DNA from: an uncultured Gemmatimonadales bacterium
GTDB lineage: Bacteria > Gemmatimonadota > Gemmatimonadetes > Gemmatimonadales > GWC2-71-9
DNA length: 64,000 nt
Direction of reading: 5' to 3'
NCBI GenBank assembly: GCA_965652025.1
Contig: CBFGTM010000007.1
Coordinates: 19,817-83,816, forward strand
Below are positions 43,777 through 52,394 of the stretch, one piece after another. The notes below the pieces were generated by a model, which worked only from the letters and a program-made list of their open reading frames with translations, did not search any database and was not told where the DNA came from. Positions within the stretch are counted from its first letter, which is position 1, and every line of letters begins with the position of its first letter. The translations under genes and the position numbers were made by a program.

Positions 43777-44217
43777 ATGTCGTACTCCACCGGGTCCATC
43801 ACCACCTTCGTGATGCCGCACATGCAGAATGTCCGAGGGGATCTGTTCGGTGGCGAGCTCATGGCGCTGGTGGACCAGGCTGCTGCCGTCGCCGCCATCC
43901 GCCATGCCGGCGGCCCCGCCGTGACGGCGAGGATCGAACGGGTCGATTTCCGGGAGCGTATCCCGGTCGGAGCGCTGGTCACCTGTACCGCGACAGTGGA
44001 CTACGTCGGAAACTCGTCCATGGATATCACGGTGGAGGTGTACGCCGAGCGGGTCAGCAGCGGAGAGAAGCGCCATACTCACACCGCTCATGTGGTCTTC
44101 GTCGCTCTTGACGAGCAGGGCAAACCCAAGCGGGTGCCGCGGCTCCTGCCTGAAACCGACGAAGAGCGGGAGCGCTACGCCCGTGCCGAGTCGCATCGGC
44201 ACCAAAGGCGCCCTTGA
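43777..44217 (+). CDS. Acyl-CoA thioesterase (hotdog fold, YciA-like)
   Basis: 146 aa. ...VMPHMQNVRGDLFGGELMALVDQAAAVAA... is typical of the 4HBT/acyl-CoA hydrolase family. Confidence 0.75.
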   Translation: MSYSTGSITTFVMPHMQNVRGDLFGGELMALVDQAAAVAAIRHAGGPAVTARIERVDFRERIPVGALVTCTATVDYVGNSSMDITVEVYAERVSSGEKRHTHTAHVVFVALDEQGKPKRVPRLLPETDEERERYARAESHRHQRRP

Positions 44218-45083
44218 CTCACCGCACGGCTGCGGTGGTGCTGAGTGGCGGGGGGGCCAAGACCGCCGCCCACATTGGCGCCACCCGCGCCCTCAGGGAG
44301 GCCGGTTTCGAGCCGGCCTGGTATGTGGGCACCAGCATGGGTGCGGTGGTCGCCGCCGGCCTGGCCAGCGGGGTTGGGGTTGACGAGCTCCTGGAGCGAA
44401 TGGTGGAGGTGGGACGTCGGGGTGTGGTTCGTGATCCACTGACGCCGGTAGCCGGTCTCTTCCTTCGCTCTCTGCTCAAGCCGGCTCCCCTGCGGGCGGC
44501 GATCGAGGCCTTGGTGCCGGTGCGGCGATTCTCGGATCTGTCGCTCCCCCTCACCGTGACGGCTGTCGACCTGGATACCGGCGAGCTGGTCTTGTTTGGT
44601 GCCGGCGCTACCAATGCCCCGCTGATTGACGTGCTCTGTGCCAGCTGTGCACTCCCGCTGTACTACCCTCCGGTTGAGCTCAATGGCCGGCGCTATGGCG
44701 ACGGCGGCCTGCGGGCGGTGGTTCCGCTGGAACCAGCAGCTGAGCTCGATGTAGAGCTGGTGCTGGCGGTGGATGTAGGTCCGGGATTCGACCTGCCTCC
44801 GGCGGTGGACCCGGTACGGATCCCGCCCATGATCAGGGCGCACGATGACGCGATGGGTATTCTCATGGCTGCGAACACTGCCAGTCAGCTCGAGCTCTGG
44901 CGGGCTCACCCTGACCGGGCGCCACTGGTCTATGTGCGGCCCAAGGTTGAGCGCAATGCTACCTTCAGGGTCGAGCGGGTCCGGGCATATGCCACTGAAG
45001 GACGCCGAGCCACGCGGGAGGCCCTCGAGCAATGGGCTGAGACTCTTGACCGACCCCCCTTTCACGACAAATTCAGCCCATGA
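44214..45083 (+). CDS. Patatin-like phospholipase
   Basis: VLSGGGAKTAAHIG (oxyanion GGGxK/R), GTSMGAVV (GxSxG), YGDGG (catalytic Asp). TTGA overlap with the thioesterase. Confidence 0.85.
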   Translation: MTHRTAAVVLSGGGAKTAAHIGATRALREAGFEPAWYVGTSMGAVVAAGLASGVGVDELLERMVEVGRRGVVRDPLTPVAGLFLRSLLKPAPLRAAIEALVPVRRFSDLSLPLTVTAVDLDTGELVLFGAGATNAPLIDVLCASCALPLYYPPVELNGRRYGDGGLRAVVPLEPAAELDVELVLAVDVGPGFDLPPAVDPVRIPPMIRAHDDAMGILMAANTASQLELWRAHPDRAPLVYVRPKVERNATFRVERVRAYATEGRRATREALEQWAETLDRPPFHDKFSP

Positions 45084-45493
45084 AAGCCTCAGAAGTGATG
45101 GTTCCCGATCCCCACGTCGCAGTTGCGGGAGCCATGGCAAGCGAGGTCGCTATCATGCTCAAGACCCGCAACATCTCAGTGGTTCCCGTGGTAGATGACC
45201 ACCGAACCCGCCGCTTCCTGGGCACCTTGAGCGATCGCGACCTCGTGACCCGCTGTCTGGCTGAGGGGAAACACCCCTGGCATACCCGGGCCGACTCGCT
45301 CATGCGCACCAATTCACCGGTGGTCAGGCCCGATCGCGAGCTCGATGGCTTCGAGGTGCGGATGGATCTGGATCCAGCGGAATCCCATTTGCGTCCCACC
45401 ATCACCGTTGTTGATGAAAGTGGTAGAGTTGTAGGCTTTATCAGTCACCCGGAGCAGATTCCGGAGGTAAAGATTGTCTGGGGGAGTGGTTAA
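45080..45493 (+). CDS. CBS-domain pair protein
   Basis: 137 aa. Two CBS-like units (...ISVVPVVDDHRTRRFLGTLSDRDLV... and ...PTITVVDESGRVVGFIS). ATGA overlap. Confidence 0.8.
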   Translation: MKASEVMVPDPHVAVAGAMASEVAIMLKTRNISVVPVVDDHRTRRFLGTLSDRDLVTRCLAEGKHPWHTRADSLMRTNSPVVRPDRELDGFEVRMDLDPAESHLRPTITVVDESGRVVGFISHPEQIPEVKIVWGSG

Positions 45494-45918
45494 TGGCTGA
45501 GTTCAAGCTTTTTACTCTGGAAGAAGCCGAGCGGACTCTCCCGCTGGTGCGGCGGGTCGTGGCCGATCTCACCCTCGAGTACCCCAAATGGCGGGCGGCG
45601 GTGGGCCGCTTCGAGCTGCTCACCGGTGGCGCGCGCGCCGACTGGGGCGAGACCCAGGAGCTGGTCGCGGCGCGAGAGGAGGTTACCCGGCACGCCACCC
45701 GAATCAATCAGTACCTCCAGGAGCTGGAGGCCATCGGCTGCGTCTTCAAGGGGTTCGAAGCCGGCCTGGTGGACTTCTATTCCCTCAGGGAAGACCGGCC
45801 GATCTTCCTCTGCTGGCGCCTGGGGGAGGACCGCATCAATCACTGGCACGAGATCGATACCGGGTTCTCCGGACGCCAGCCGATCGACGGAGCTATCCTC
45901 TCGGCCATCTCCTCGTGA
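45493..45918 (+). CDS. DUF2203-family protein
   Basis: MAEFKLFTLEEAERTLPLVRRVVADL and ...GCVFKGFEAGLVDFYS...LCWRLGE match my recollection of DUF2203. TAATG overlap. Confidence 0.55.
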   Translation: MAEFKLFTLEEAERTLPLVRRVVADLTLEYPKWRAAVGRFELLTGGARADWGETQELVAAREEVTRHATRINQYLQELEAIGCVFKGFEAGLVDFYSLREDRPIFLCWRLGEDRINHWHEIDTGFSGRQPIDGAILSAISS

Positions 45919-46370
45919 GCCGAGCCTGGTTGTTCCTGCACCTGCTGGGCTTCACCATGTGGCTGGGCGGCGCCATCGCCTCGATGGTGGTAGGAATTGC
46001 GGCCCGTGCGGAGGAGCGGAGTCTGCTGGGCGCCGTAGTCCGGGCCCAGTCGAAGGTCACCAAGAGCGCCATCGCGCCCGGCTCGCTGCTGACCGTTCTT
46101 TCCGGACTGGTGCTCACCTTCCAGCTCAGCGGCGGTGAGTTTGCCGGATTCAGTATCTGGCTGGTCATCATGCAGACCGCCGGACTCATTGCCGCGCTGA
46201 TTACCCTCTTCATCGCACTGCCCACGGCTACTCGGCTGGGTCGGCTGGACCCGGTGGGCGAGGCAGCGCGCTACTTCGACGAGCTGCGCGCCCGTCAGCG
46301 CATTGTGGCCTCGATCGCGGGAACCTTGGGACTCATCGCTCTCTTCGCGGGGGCAATGCTGAGTCGGTAG
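45915..46370 (+). CDS. Small integral membrane protein (four predicted helices)
   Basis: GTG 45915 (GTGA overlap), VSRAWLFLHLLGFTMWLGGAIASMV.... The track's longer form from 45588 runs through the DUF2203 gene in another frame. Confidence 0.5.
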   Translation: MSRAWLFLHLLGFTMWLGGAIASMVVGIAARAEERSLLGAVVRAQSKVTKSAIAPGSLLTVLSGLVLTFQLSGGEFAGFSIWLVIMQTAGLIAALITLFIALPTATRLGRLDPVGEAARYFDELRARQRIVASIAGTLGLIALFAGAMLSR

Positions 46371-47034
46371 CCTTTCCGTTCCTTCCAGACTTACAAACCT
46401 GTCGCACCGGACATACTCCACACCTCGCCTCTCGTGCGGTGCAGACCAGTGCTCCCAGTTCCATGAGCGCCTGGTTGAATAACCAGGCAGACTTTCCCCG
46501 CCGGGGAACGATCTGTTCGGCCGTGTTCCAGAGCGTGCGGCTGGCCCTTGGTCCCTGTAGTCGCGGGTGGAACACCCGCTGCAGCACTCGCGCGACATTG
46601 GTGTCTACGGCCGCGGTGGAGCGCTCGAAGGCAAAGGATGCGATCGCGCCGGCGGTGTATCGGCCCACTCCAGGCAGCCGCCGAAGCTTCTCCGGATCGG
46701 ATGGAATGCGGCCACCCAACTCCTGCATCACGGCCTGCGCCAGGCGCTGCAGGTTGGCCGCTCGACGATAGTACCCCAGTCCTTCCCAGCTCTCCCGTAC
46801 TGCCCCCGGAGACGCCGAGGCGAGCGATTCGATTGTGGGATGGCGCTGGAGAAAGCGATCATAGTATCCCACCACCCGGGAGACCTGCGTCTGCTGCAGC
46901 ATGAATTCGGAAACGACGATGTGGTAAGGATCGCGGGTTCGTCGCCAGGGAAGGTCCCGGCCATGGCGCCGGAACCACGCCAGCAGGCGGCGTCGAAAGA
47001 CCAGTGCGTGGGTCGGAGTGTCGGCTCTGGGCAT
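46333..47034 (-). CDS. MutY-type adenine DNA glycosylase catalytic domain (HhH-GPD with 4Fe-4S loop), no C-terminal NUDIX-like domain
   Basis: LPWRRTRDPYHIVVSEFMLQQTQV, HhH LPGVGRYTAGAI, cluster CTAREARCGVCPVRQVC. Only 233 aa. Confidence 0.75.
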   Translation of the reverse strand: MPRADTPTHALVFRRRLLAWFRRHGRDLPWRRTRDPYHIVVSEFMLQQTQVSRVVGYYDRFLQRHPTIESLASASPGAVRESWEGLGYYRRAANLQRLAQAVMQELGGRIPSDPEKLRRLPGVGRYTAGAIASFAFERSTAAVDTNVARVLQRVFHPRLQGPRASRTLWNTAEQIVPRRGKSAWLFNQALMELGALVCTAREARCGVCPVRQVCKSGRNGKATDSALPPRRER

Positions 47035-47105
47035 CGCTGAACGGTAGCCTGAGCGCTCGGCCGGCGGAAAGCGCCTCGTCCCAGAGGAGGTTACTTTTGG
47101 ACGCC

Positions 47106-47879
47106 ATGAACCTCTTCGCCACGATCGGACGTTGGGTCCTGGATGGTGCGTCCCACGTTGGACGTCTGACCTACTTCGTTGTCGAGGCGGTTCGAGGTTT
47201 GAGCGAGGTCCGAATCTGGTGGCCCCGGATGATGGTGGAGGCCTGGAACATTGGGGCGGGCAGCCTCTTCATTGTGCTGCTGATCTCGGCCTTTGCCGGA
47301 GCGGTCACCGCGCTCCAAACCGGATACCAGTTCACCGGCAGCATTCCTTACTATGTCGTCGGCACGCTGGTGGTGTCATCCATCATTCTCGAGCTCGGAC
47401 CGGTGCTCACTGCCCTCATCCTCGCCGGCCGGATCGGAGCTCGCTACGCGGCGGAGTTGGGGACCATGCGGGTCACCGAGCAGATCGACGCTCTCGAGAG
47501 TCTGGGCCGGTCTCCGTCATCGCATTTGGTGATTCCTCGGGTGCTGGCGGGCCTGCTGATGATCCCCGCGCTCACCGTGCTGGCAAACCTCTCCGGCGTC
47601 GTCTCGGGATGGTTGTCGGTTAAGGCTGTGCTCCCGGTGACGGATGCCGATTTCATCTACGGCGCCCAGTACTACTGGCGACCCTGGGATGCGTGGTACT
47701 CGGTGATCAAGGCATTCTTCTTTGCCGGGTCGATTACCATCATTTCCTGTTACATGGGCTTCAATACCAAGCAGGGTGCCGAGGGCGTCGGCCGATCGAC
47801 CACCACTGCGGTCGTAACCAGCTCGGTGCTGATCCTGGTCCTCGATACCGTGCTCACCCGTCTCCTGCTCAACCAATGA
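47106..47879 (+). CDS. mlaE: MlaE-like ABC transporter permease
   Basis: MNLFATIGRWVL...; conserved ...GPVLTALILAGRIGARYAAELGTMRVTEQIDALE... is typical of MlaE/TtgB permeases. Confidence 0.8.
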   Translation: MNLFATIGRWVLDGASHVGRLTYFVVEAVRGLSEVRIWWPRMMVEAWNIGAGSLFIVLLISAFAGAVTALQTGYQFTGSIPYYVVGTLVVSSIILELGPVLTALILAGRIGARYAAELGTMRVTEQIDALESLGRSPSSHLVIPRVLAGLLMIPALTVLANLSGVVSGWLSVKAVLPVTDADFIYGAQYYWRPWDAWYSVIKAFFFAGSITIISCYMGFNTKQGAEGVGRSTTTAVVTSSVLILVLDTVLTRLLLNQ

Positions 47880-48628
47880 TCGAGCTCCGCAATGTGCACA
47901 AGGCGTTCGGCAAGCAGGTAGTGCTGAACGGGGTGGACTTCGAGGTCCGGGAAGGGGAAACGGTGGCGCTGATGGGCCCGTCCGGCACCGGAAAGAGCGT
48001 GCTGCTCAAGCACATCATCGGCCTGATCCGCCCCGACATCGGGGAGATCTACGTGGATGGGAAGGATGTATGCCGGCTCAAGCGAAAGGATCTCGCCGAG
48101 CTGCGGTCCCATATCGGCTACGTGTTCCAGAACGGCGCGCTGTTCGACTCGATGAATGTCTTCGAGAATGTGCGGCTCGGGATCACCGATGAGGACAAGT
48201 ACGGCGATCTGGAGTATTGCCAGAAGCGAGTGGCTGAATGCATCCGCCTGGTCAACCTCCCGGCCGACACGATCGCCAAGTTTCCGGCCGAGCTCTCCGG
48301 CGGAATGCGCAAGCGCGTCGGCATTGCCCGGGCCATTGCGGGCAACCCCAAGTACCTCTTGTACGATGAGCCTACCTCCGGCCTGGACCCGGTCAACGCG
48401 GACATCATCGATGGGCTGGTCCAGCGGCTCGACCACGAGCTGGGAGTCACCAGTGTTATGGTCACCCATGACGTGCGAGGTGCGTTCCGGGTGGCCGACC
48501 GGCTGGCCCTCCTGAGCGAGGGAAAGATCGTGATGCAAGGCACTCCGCAGGAGTTCCTGCAGTCGACCAATCCCAAAGTTCGCGAGTTCCTCGAGCGCGA
48601 CTTCGACAATCCCTCGTTCGCCGCCTGA
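47876..48628 (+). CDS. mlaF: MlaF-like ABC transporter ATP-binding protein
   Basis: Walker A GPSGTGKSVLL, signature LSGGMRKRVGIARAI, Walker B LLYDEPTSGLD. ATGA overlap. Confidence 0.9.
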   Translation: MIELRNVHKAFGKQVVLNGVDFEVREGETVALMGPSGTGKSVLLKHIIGLIRPDIGEIYVDGKDVCRLKRKDLAELRSHIGYVFQNGALFDSMNVFENVRLGITDEDKYGDLEYCQKRVAECIRLVNLPADTIAKFPAELSGGMRKRVGIARAIAGNPKYLLYDEPTSGLDPVNADIIDGLVQRLDHELGVTSVMVTHDVRGAFRVADRLALLSEGKIVMQGTPQEFLQSTNPKVREFLERDFDNPSFAA

Positions 48629-48634
48629 GCCCCT

Positions 48635-49519
48635 ATGGATGTCCGCTATTCCCGGGAAGTGATCGTCGGCGCCATCGTCACCATCGCCATTCTGGTGTTC
48701 ATCTTCGGGACCATGTGGCTGAGCGGGCGCTCGGTCTCCTCGGATAACCTGATTCACCTGCAGTTCGCCAACGTGAGCGGCCTCAAGCGGGCGTCGCCGG
48801 TTCGGGTGTCCGGGGTGAACGTAGGGAAGGTCGAGCGAATCGAGTTCGTGGATGTGGGCAAGGTGGTGGTGACTGCCAGCCTGCCACCCAAGATCCGCCC
48901 CCGGGTAGATGCGGAAGCCAAGATCGTCTCGGTCACGTTGGTTGGTGACTACGCCGTGGACTTCGACCCGGGCCGCGCCGGGGATTTCCTGGCTCCAGGC
49001 AAGGTCATACTGGGAACCCAGGACCTCGGGCTCTCGGGCCGCGCCATGGAGCTGAGCGACCGGGCGGACAGCATCCTGATCGGCGCCCAGGCCATCGTGA
49101 ACAAGGAGACCGCGGAGCAACTCCGCTCGACGCTGACGGCGCTGGAAGGCACCTTGAAGGCCGCCCAACGAACCATGCAGATCTACGGCGACTCGACTCG
49201 GGGACCTACGGCCGAGCTCACCCGCACCATGGCGGCGTTCCGCCAAGTGACTACGCGCCTCGACAGCACGCTTGCTCATCCCGCGCTCGACCGGACGCTC
49301 AGTCGCACCGATACCCTGACCGCGAACCTGGCCGCCATGACCGCCCGGCTCGACTCCACTCTCGCTGCCCTCAACCGGGGCCAGGGGACCCTCGGCAAGC
49401 TCGCGACCGACAGCGGTCTCTACTACGACATGCGGGAGGTCTCCCAGTCGATGAAGGCGTTGCTGGACGAACTGACGAAGCATCCGGGCAAGGTGGGGGT
49501 AACAGTCAAGTTGTTCTAA
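48635..49519 (+). CDS. mlaD: MlaD/MCE-domain substrate-binding protein
   Basis: N-terminal TM VIVGAIVTIAILVF, MCE core ...GLKRASPVRVSGVNVGKVERIEF..., helical C-terminus. Confidence 0.8.
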   Translation: MDVRYSREVIVGAIVTIAILVFIFGTMWLSGRSVSSDNLIHLQFANVSGLKRASPVRVSGVNVGKVERIEFVDVGKVVVTASLPPKIRPRVDAEAKIVSVTLVGDYAVDFDPGRAGDFLAPGKVILGTQDLGLSGRAMELSDRADSILIGAQAIVNKETAEQLRSTLTALEGTLKAAQRTMQIYGDSTRGPTAELTRTMAAFRQVTTRLDSTLAHPALDRTLSRTDTLTANLAAMTARLDSTLAALNRGQGTLGKLATDSGLYYDMREVSQSMKALLDELTKHPGKVGVTVKLF

Positions 49520-49521
49520 AG

Positions 49522-49584
49522 GCGTGAGTGGTAAGCGGTAAGCAGTAAGCCGGGCTTGAGGAGCTGACTGCTCACCGCTCACGC
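49522..49584. repeat. Inverted pair of GT(A/G)AGCG arrays (left arm 49522-49550, right arm 49563-49584); probable terminator hairpin
   Basis: Left arm: gcgtgag tggtaag cggtaag cagtaag c. Reverse complement of the right arm: gcgtgag cggtgag cagtcag c. Starts 3 nt after the mlaD stop. Confidence 0.8.
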
Positions 49585-49597
49585 TATCTTGTACGCC

Positions 49598-50524
49598 ATG
49601 TTAAGCGTCACTTTCCTGGGAACCGCAGCCTCCATCCCCACCATCGATCGCAACGTGGCAGGCCTGGCCGTGCAGCGGGAAGGGGAGACCATCCTCTTCG
49701 ATTGCGGCGAGGGGAACCAGCGCCAGATGATGCGCTACGGGGTGGGTTTCGCCTTTCGGGAAATCTTCTTTACCCATTACCATGCCGACCATCTTCTGGG
49801 CGTCACCGGCCTGATGCGGACCATGGGACTGCAGGACCGGACCGCGCCGGTGGTACTCTACGGGCCCAGGGGAGCTTCGCGAGTGCTCGGCGCCGCCATT
49901 TCACTGGGCATCGAGCGAAACAAGTTTCCCATCGAGATTGTGGAGATCAAACCAGGAGATTGCCTGGCCCGGGATTCCTATGACATCAAGGTCTTCGAGA
50001 CCGAGCACCGGGCGGATACGGTGGGGTATACGCTGGCCGAGCATACCCGGCTGGGCCGGTTCAACCCGGAGCGGGCGCGGGCGCTGGGGATTCCCGAGGG
50101 TCCACTCTGGGGTCAGCTCCATAAGGGGAAAGCGGTGACACTCGAGGACGGGAGTACAATCGCCCCGGGCGATCTGGTAGGCGCCCCCCGCCCCGGCCGA
50201 GTCCTGGTCTATACCGGCGATACTCGTCCTAACCTGTCGGTCATTCAGGCTTCCCGGGGCGCCGACCTCCTGATCCACGAGGCCACTTTCGGCGGTGATG
50301 AGTCGGACCGGGCCAGGGAGACCGGGCATTCGACTGCGGCCGAAGCCGCCCGGGTGGCACTCGAAGCCGGGGCCCGGCGGCTGGTTCTGACCCACATCAG
50401 CTCGCGCTATAACCGAGATACTTCGGAGCTCCTCGCCGAGGCGCGCGCAGTATTTCCGGAGACGACGATCGCACGGGACGGGATGTCCCTGGACGTGTCC
50501 TACCGGGATGCCGAGTCACACTGA
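49598..50524 (+). CDS. rnz: Ribonuclease Z (metallo-beta-lactamase fold)
   Basis: LSVTFLGTAASIP, FTHYHADHLLG (HxHxDH), THISSRY. ATG 49598 preferred over TTG 49589. Confidence 0.9.
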   Translation: MLSVTFLGTAASIPTIDRNVAGLAVQREGETILFDCGEGNQRQMMRYGVGFAFREIFFTHYHADHLLGVTGLMRTMGLQDRTAPVVLYGPRGASRVLGAAISLGIERNKFPIEIVEIKPGDCLARDSYDIKVFETEHRADTVGYTLAEHTRLGRFNPERARALGIPEGPLWGQLHKGKAVTLEDGSTIAPGDLVGAPRPGRVLVYTGDTRPNLSVIQASRGADLLIHEATFGGDESDRARETGHSTAAEAARVALEAGARRLVLTHISSRYNRDTSELLAEARAVFPETTIARDGMSLDVSYRDAESH

Positions 50525-50606
50525 CAGTGCACCCGGAATCTGGCCCTTGGCTTGCAGGTTATTACCGGGCGTCGCTTTCCATCCGTGTTCCAGGTGACCC
50601 AGGCTC

Positions 50607-51782
50607 ATGGACCACCATTCCCCGGTAAGCCGCATGTTGCGCTCTACCACGATCGCTGCATTTGCCACCGTTTGGCTGATAGGCTGCGGCAATGCCCCGG
50701 CCGGTGCTTCGGCCCAAACGGCGGACAGTACGCAGGATTGGGAGGTCCAGCCCACGCTCTGGAGTCCCCGTCCAATTTTGATCCCCCGGAGCACTCCCCC
50801 CGAGCCGCCGGCAGATTCCACGGATACCACCACCCTCCTGGACTCGATTCTGGACGCGAGCAGAAGGGCCCGGACCGCCAAGGCCGATTCCTCCACCGCC
50901 CGGTCCAAGCCCCCGACAGCTGCCGCTCTTAAGCCGAAACGAAGCGCGTTCAATATCAGTCCCAGCGACTCCGCGCGATGGCCGGTAAAGGGTCCGTCCC
51001 CGCTGCCCGAGTCGATCATACCCGAGCATCGCATCGTGGCGTTCTATGGCAACCCTCTGTCCACCCGGATGGGCATCATGGGTGAACTTCCGCCCAAGGA
51101 AATGCTGCGGCGCCTGGAGAAGGTGGCCACCGAATGGGCTGCGGCAGACAGCGGGCAAAAGGTGCTGCCGGCATTGCATCTCATTGCCACGGTTGCGCAG
51201 GGGTATCCCGGACCGGCCCGAAAGTATCGGCTCCAGATGCCTGACAGCCTCATCAATCGGGTGGCCGGGTGGGCTGAGGAGCGCGGGTGGCTGATCTTCC
51301 TCGATATCCAGGTCGGTGTGAGCACGGTCGAGGAGGAGCTGAAGGTGCTGGTGCCCTACCTCAAGCGGCCGTATGTCCACCTGGCCCTGGATCCCGAGTT
51401 TGCCATGAAGGACGGCAAGAGGCCGGGCACCGACTGGATGGGCCGGATGGATGCCTCGGAGGTGAATCACGCGGTCGAGGTGTTGGCTCGGATCGTGGAG
51501 GAACAGCAGCTGCCCCCCAAGGTGCTGGTGGTCCACCGCTTCACCCGAAACATGCTGACCAACGCCTCCCAGATCCGGCTGGATCCGCGGGTCCAGGTGG
51601 TGATCGACATGGATGGCTGGGGGCCGCCGGGAAGCAAGATGGGGGCTTACCGCTGGTTCGTGGTGCGGCATCCGGTCCAGTACACCGGATTCAAACTCTT
51701 CTACAAGAACGACAAGCCGATGATGACCCCAGAGCAGGTGCTGGAGTTGTATCCCAAGCCGATGTATATCCAATATCAGTAA
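50607..51782 (+). CDS. Hypothetical lipoprotein
   Basis: Lipobox-like WLIGCG after a hydrophobic stretch (start 50607 or ATG 50634). Pro/Ser/Thr-rich linker, then a conserved-looking ~270 aa domain of unknown family. Stop TAA 51780-51782 is part of the first GTAAGCG unit. Confidence 0.55.
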   Translation: MDHHSPVSRMLRSTTIAAFATVWLIGCGNAPAGASAQTADSTQDWEVQPTLWSPRPILIPRSTPPEPPADSTDTTTLLDSILDASRRARTAKADSSTARSKPPTAAALKPKRSAFNISPSDSARWPVKGPSPLPESIIPEHRIVAFYGNPLSTRMGIMGELPPKEMLRRLEKVATEWAAADSGQKVLPALHLIATVAQGYPGPARKYRLQMPDSLINRVAGWAEERGWLIFLDIQVGVSTVEEELKVLVPYLKRPYVHLALDPEFAMKDGKRPGTDWMGRMDASEVNHAVEVLARIVEEQQLPPKVLVVHRFTRNMLTNASQIRLDPRVQVVIDMDGWGPPGSKMGAYRWFVVRHPVQYTGFKLFYKNDKPMMTPEQVLELYPKPMYIQYQ

Positions 51783-51929
51783 GCGGGTAAGCGGGTAGGA
51801 CGGTAAGCGGGTAAGCTGCCTGACATCTGGGGGAAAAACGAGATGCGCACCGCGCTCCTGACGGCTGTCGTGCTTATTACCTCTTCCTCGAACGCCCCGC
51901 CTACCCGCTTACCTGCTTACTCACCTACC
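51779..51929. repeat. Inverted pair of GTAAGCGG arrays (left arm 51779-51816, right arm 51897-51929)
   Basis: Left arm: gtaagcgg gtaagcgg gtaggacg gtaagcgg gtaagc. Reverse complement of the right arm: ggtaggtga gtaagcag gtaagcgg gtaggcgg. The 80-nt spacer contains ATG 51843. Confidence 0.8.
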
Positions 51930-52325
51930 ATCTCCGACCTCTTCTGGCTTCAGGGCATCTGGCAGGGCCGCATTGGAGGGCGGGACTTCGAGGCTCACTA
52001 TACTGGAGCGGAAGGCGGACAGATCCTCAGCGCCAGCAAATACACCGAAGAAGGAAAGCCTTCCGGTTTCGAATTCGAGCGATTCGAGCAGCGGGGTGAT
52101 ACGCTGATGCTCACTCCGTTTCCGGAAGGCAAGTCTTCCGTGTCCTTTCCGCTGGCGGAATACGATGCCCAGAACCGCCGCGCCGTGTTCGAAAACCTGG
52201 CCCATGATTTCCCCACCCGGATCAGCTACCAGCGGGTGGCCAAGAACCACCTGACCATCCTGGTTTCCGGGCCGGGTGAGGATGGCCAGGAGCAGGTCCT
52301 CACCTATAGTCTCACTCGCAAGTAG
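51843..52325 (+). CDS. DUF6265-like secreted protein
   Basis: Signal-like MRTALLTAVVLITSSS; WLQGIWQG...; FENLAHDFPTRISYQRV matches the FENxxHDFPxRIxY motif I associate with DUF6265. Confidence 0.6.
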   Translation: MRTALLTAVVLITSSSNAPPTRLPAYSPTISDLFWLQGIWQGRIGGRDFEAHYTGAEGGQILSASKYTEEGKPSGFEFERFEQRGDTLMLTPFPEGKSSVSFPLAEYDAQNRRAVFENLAHDFPTRISYQRVAKNHLTILVSGPGEDGQEQVLTYSLTRK

Positions 52326-52394
52326 CGGTCGAGCTGCCGACTTGACGACTCCCGGCTACCACCGGTATTTAGCAACACCCATTTAGTTTTCCCG

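Noticed and set aside
47750-49582. 610-aa minus-strand ORF
   Set aside because: Antisense to mlaF and mlaD, which carry Walker A/B, the ABC signature and an MCE core. It has no recognisable motif, and its N-terminus (LTAYRLPLTP) is simply the translated heptamer repeat.
50562-51773. 403-aa minus-strand ORF
   Set aside because: Antisense to the lipoprotein gene. The plus-strand frame has a lipobox signal and balanced composition, whereas the minus frame is His/Arg/Gly/Pro-rich. This is less certain than the other rejections because the plus-strand protein has no assigned family.
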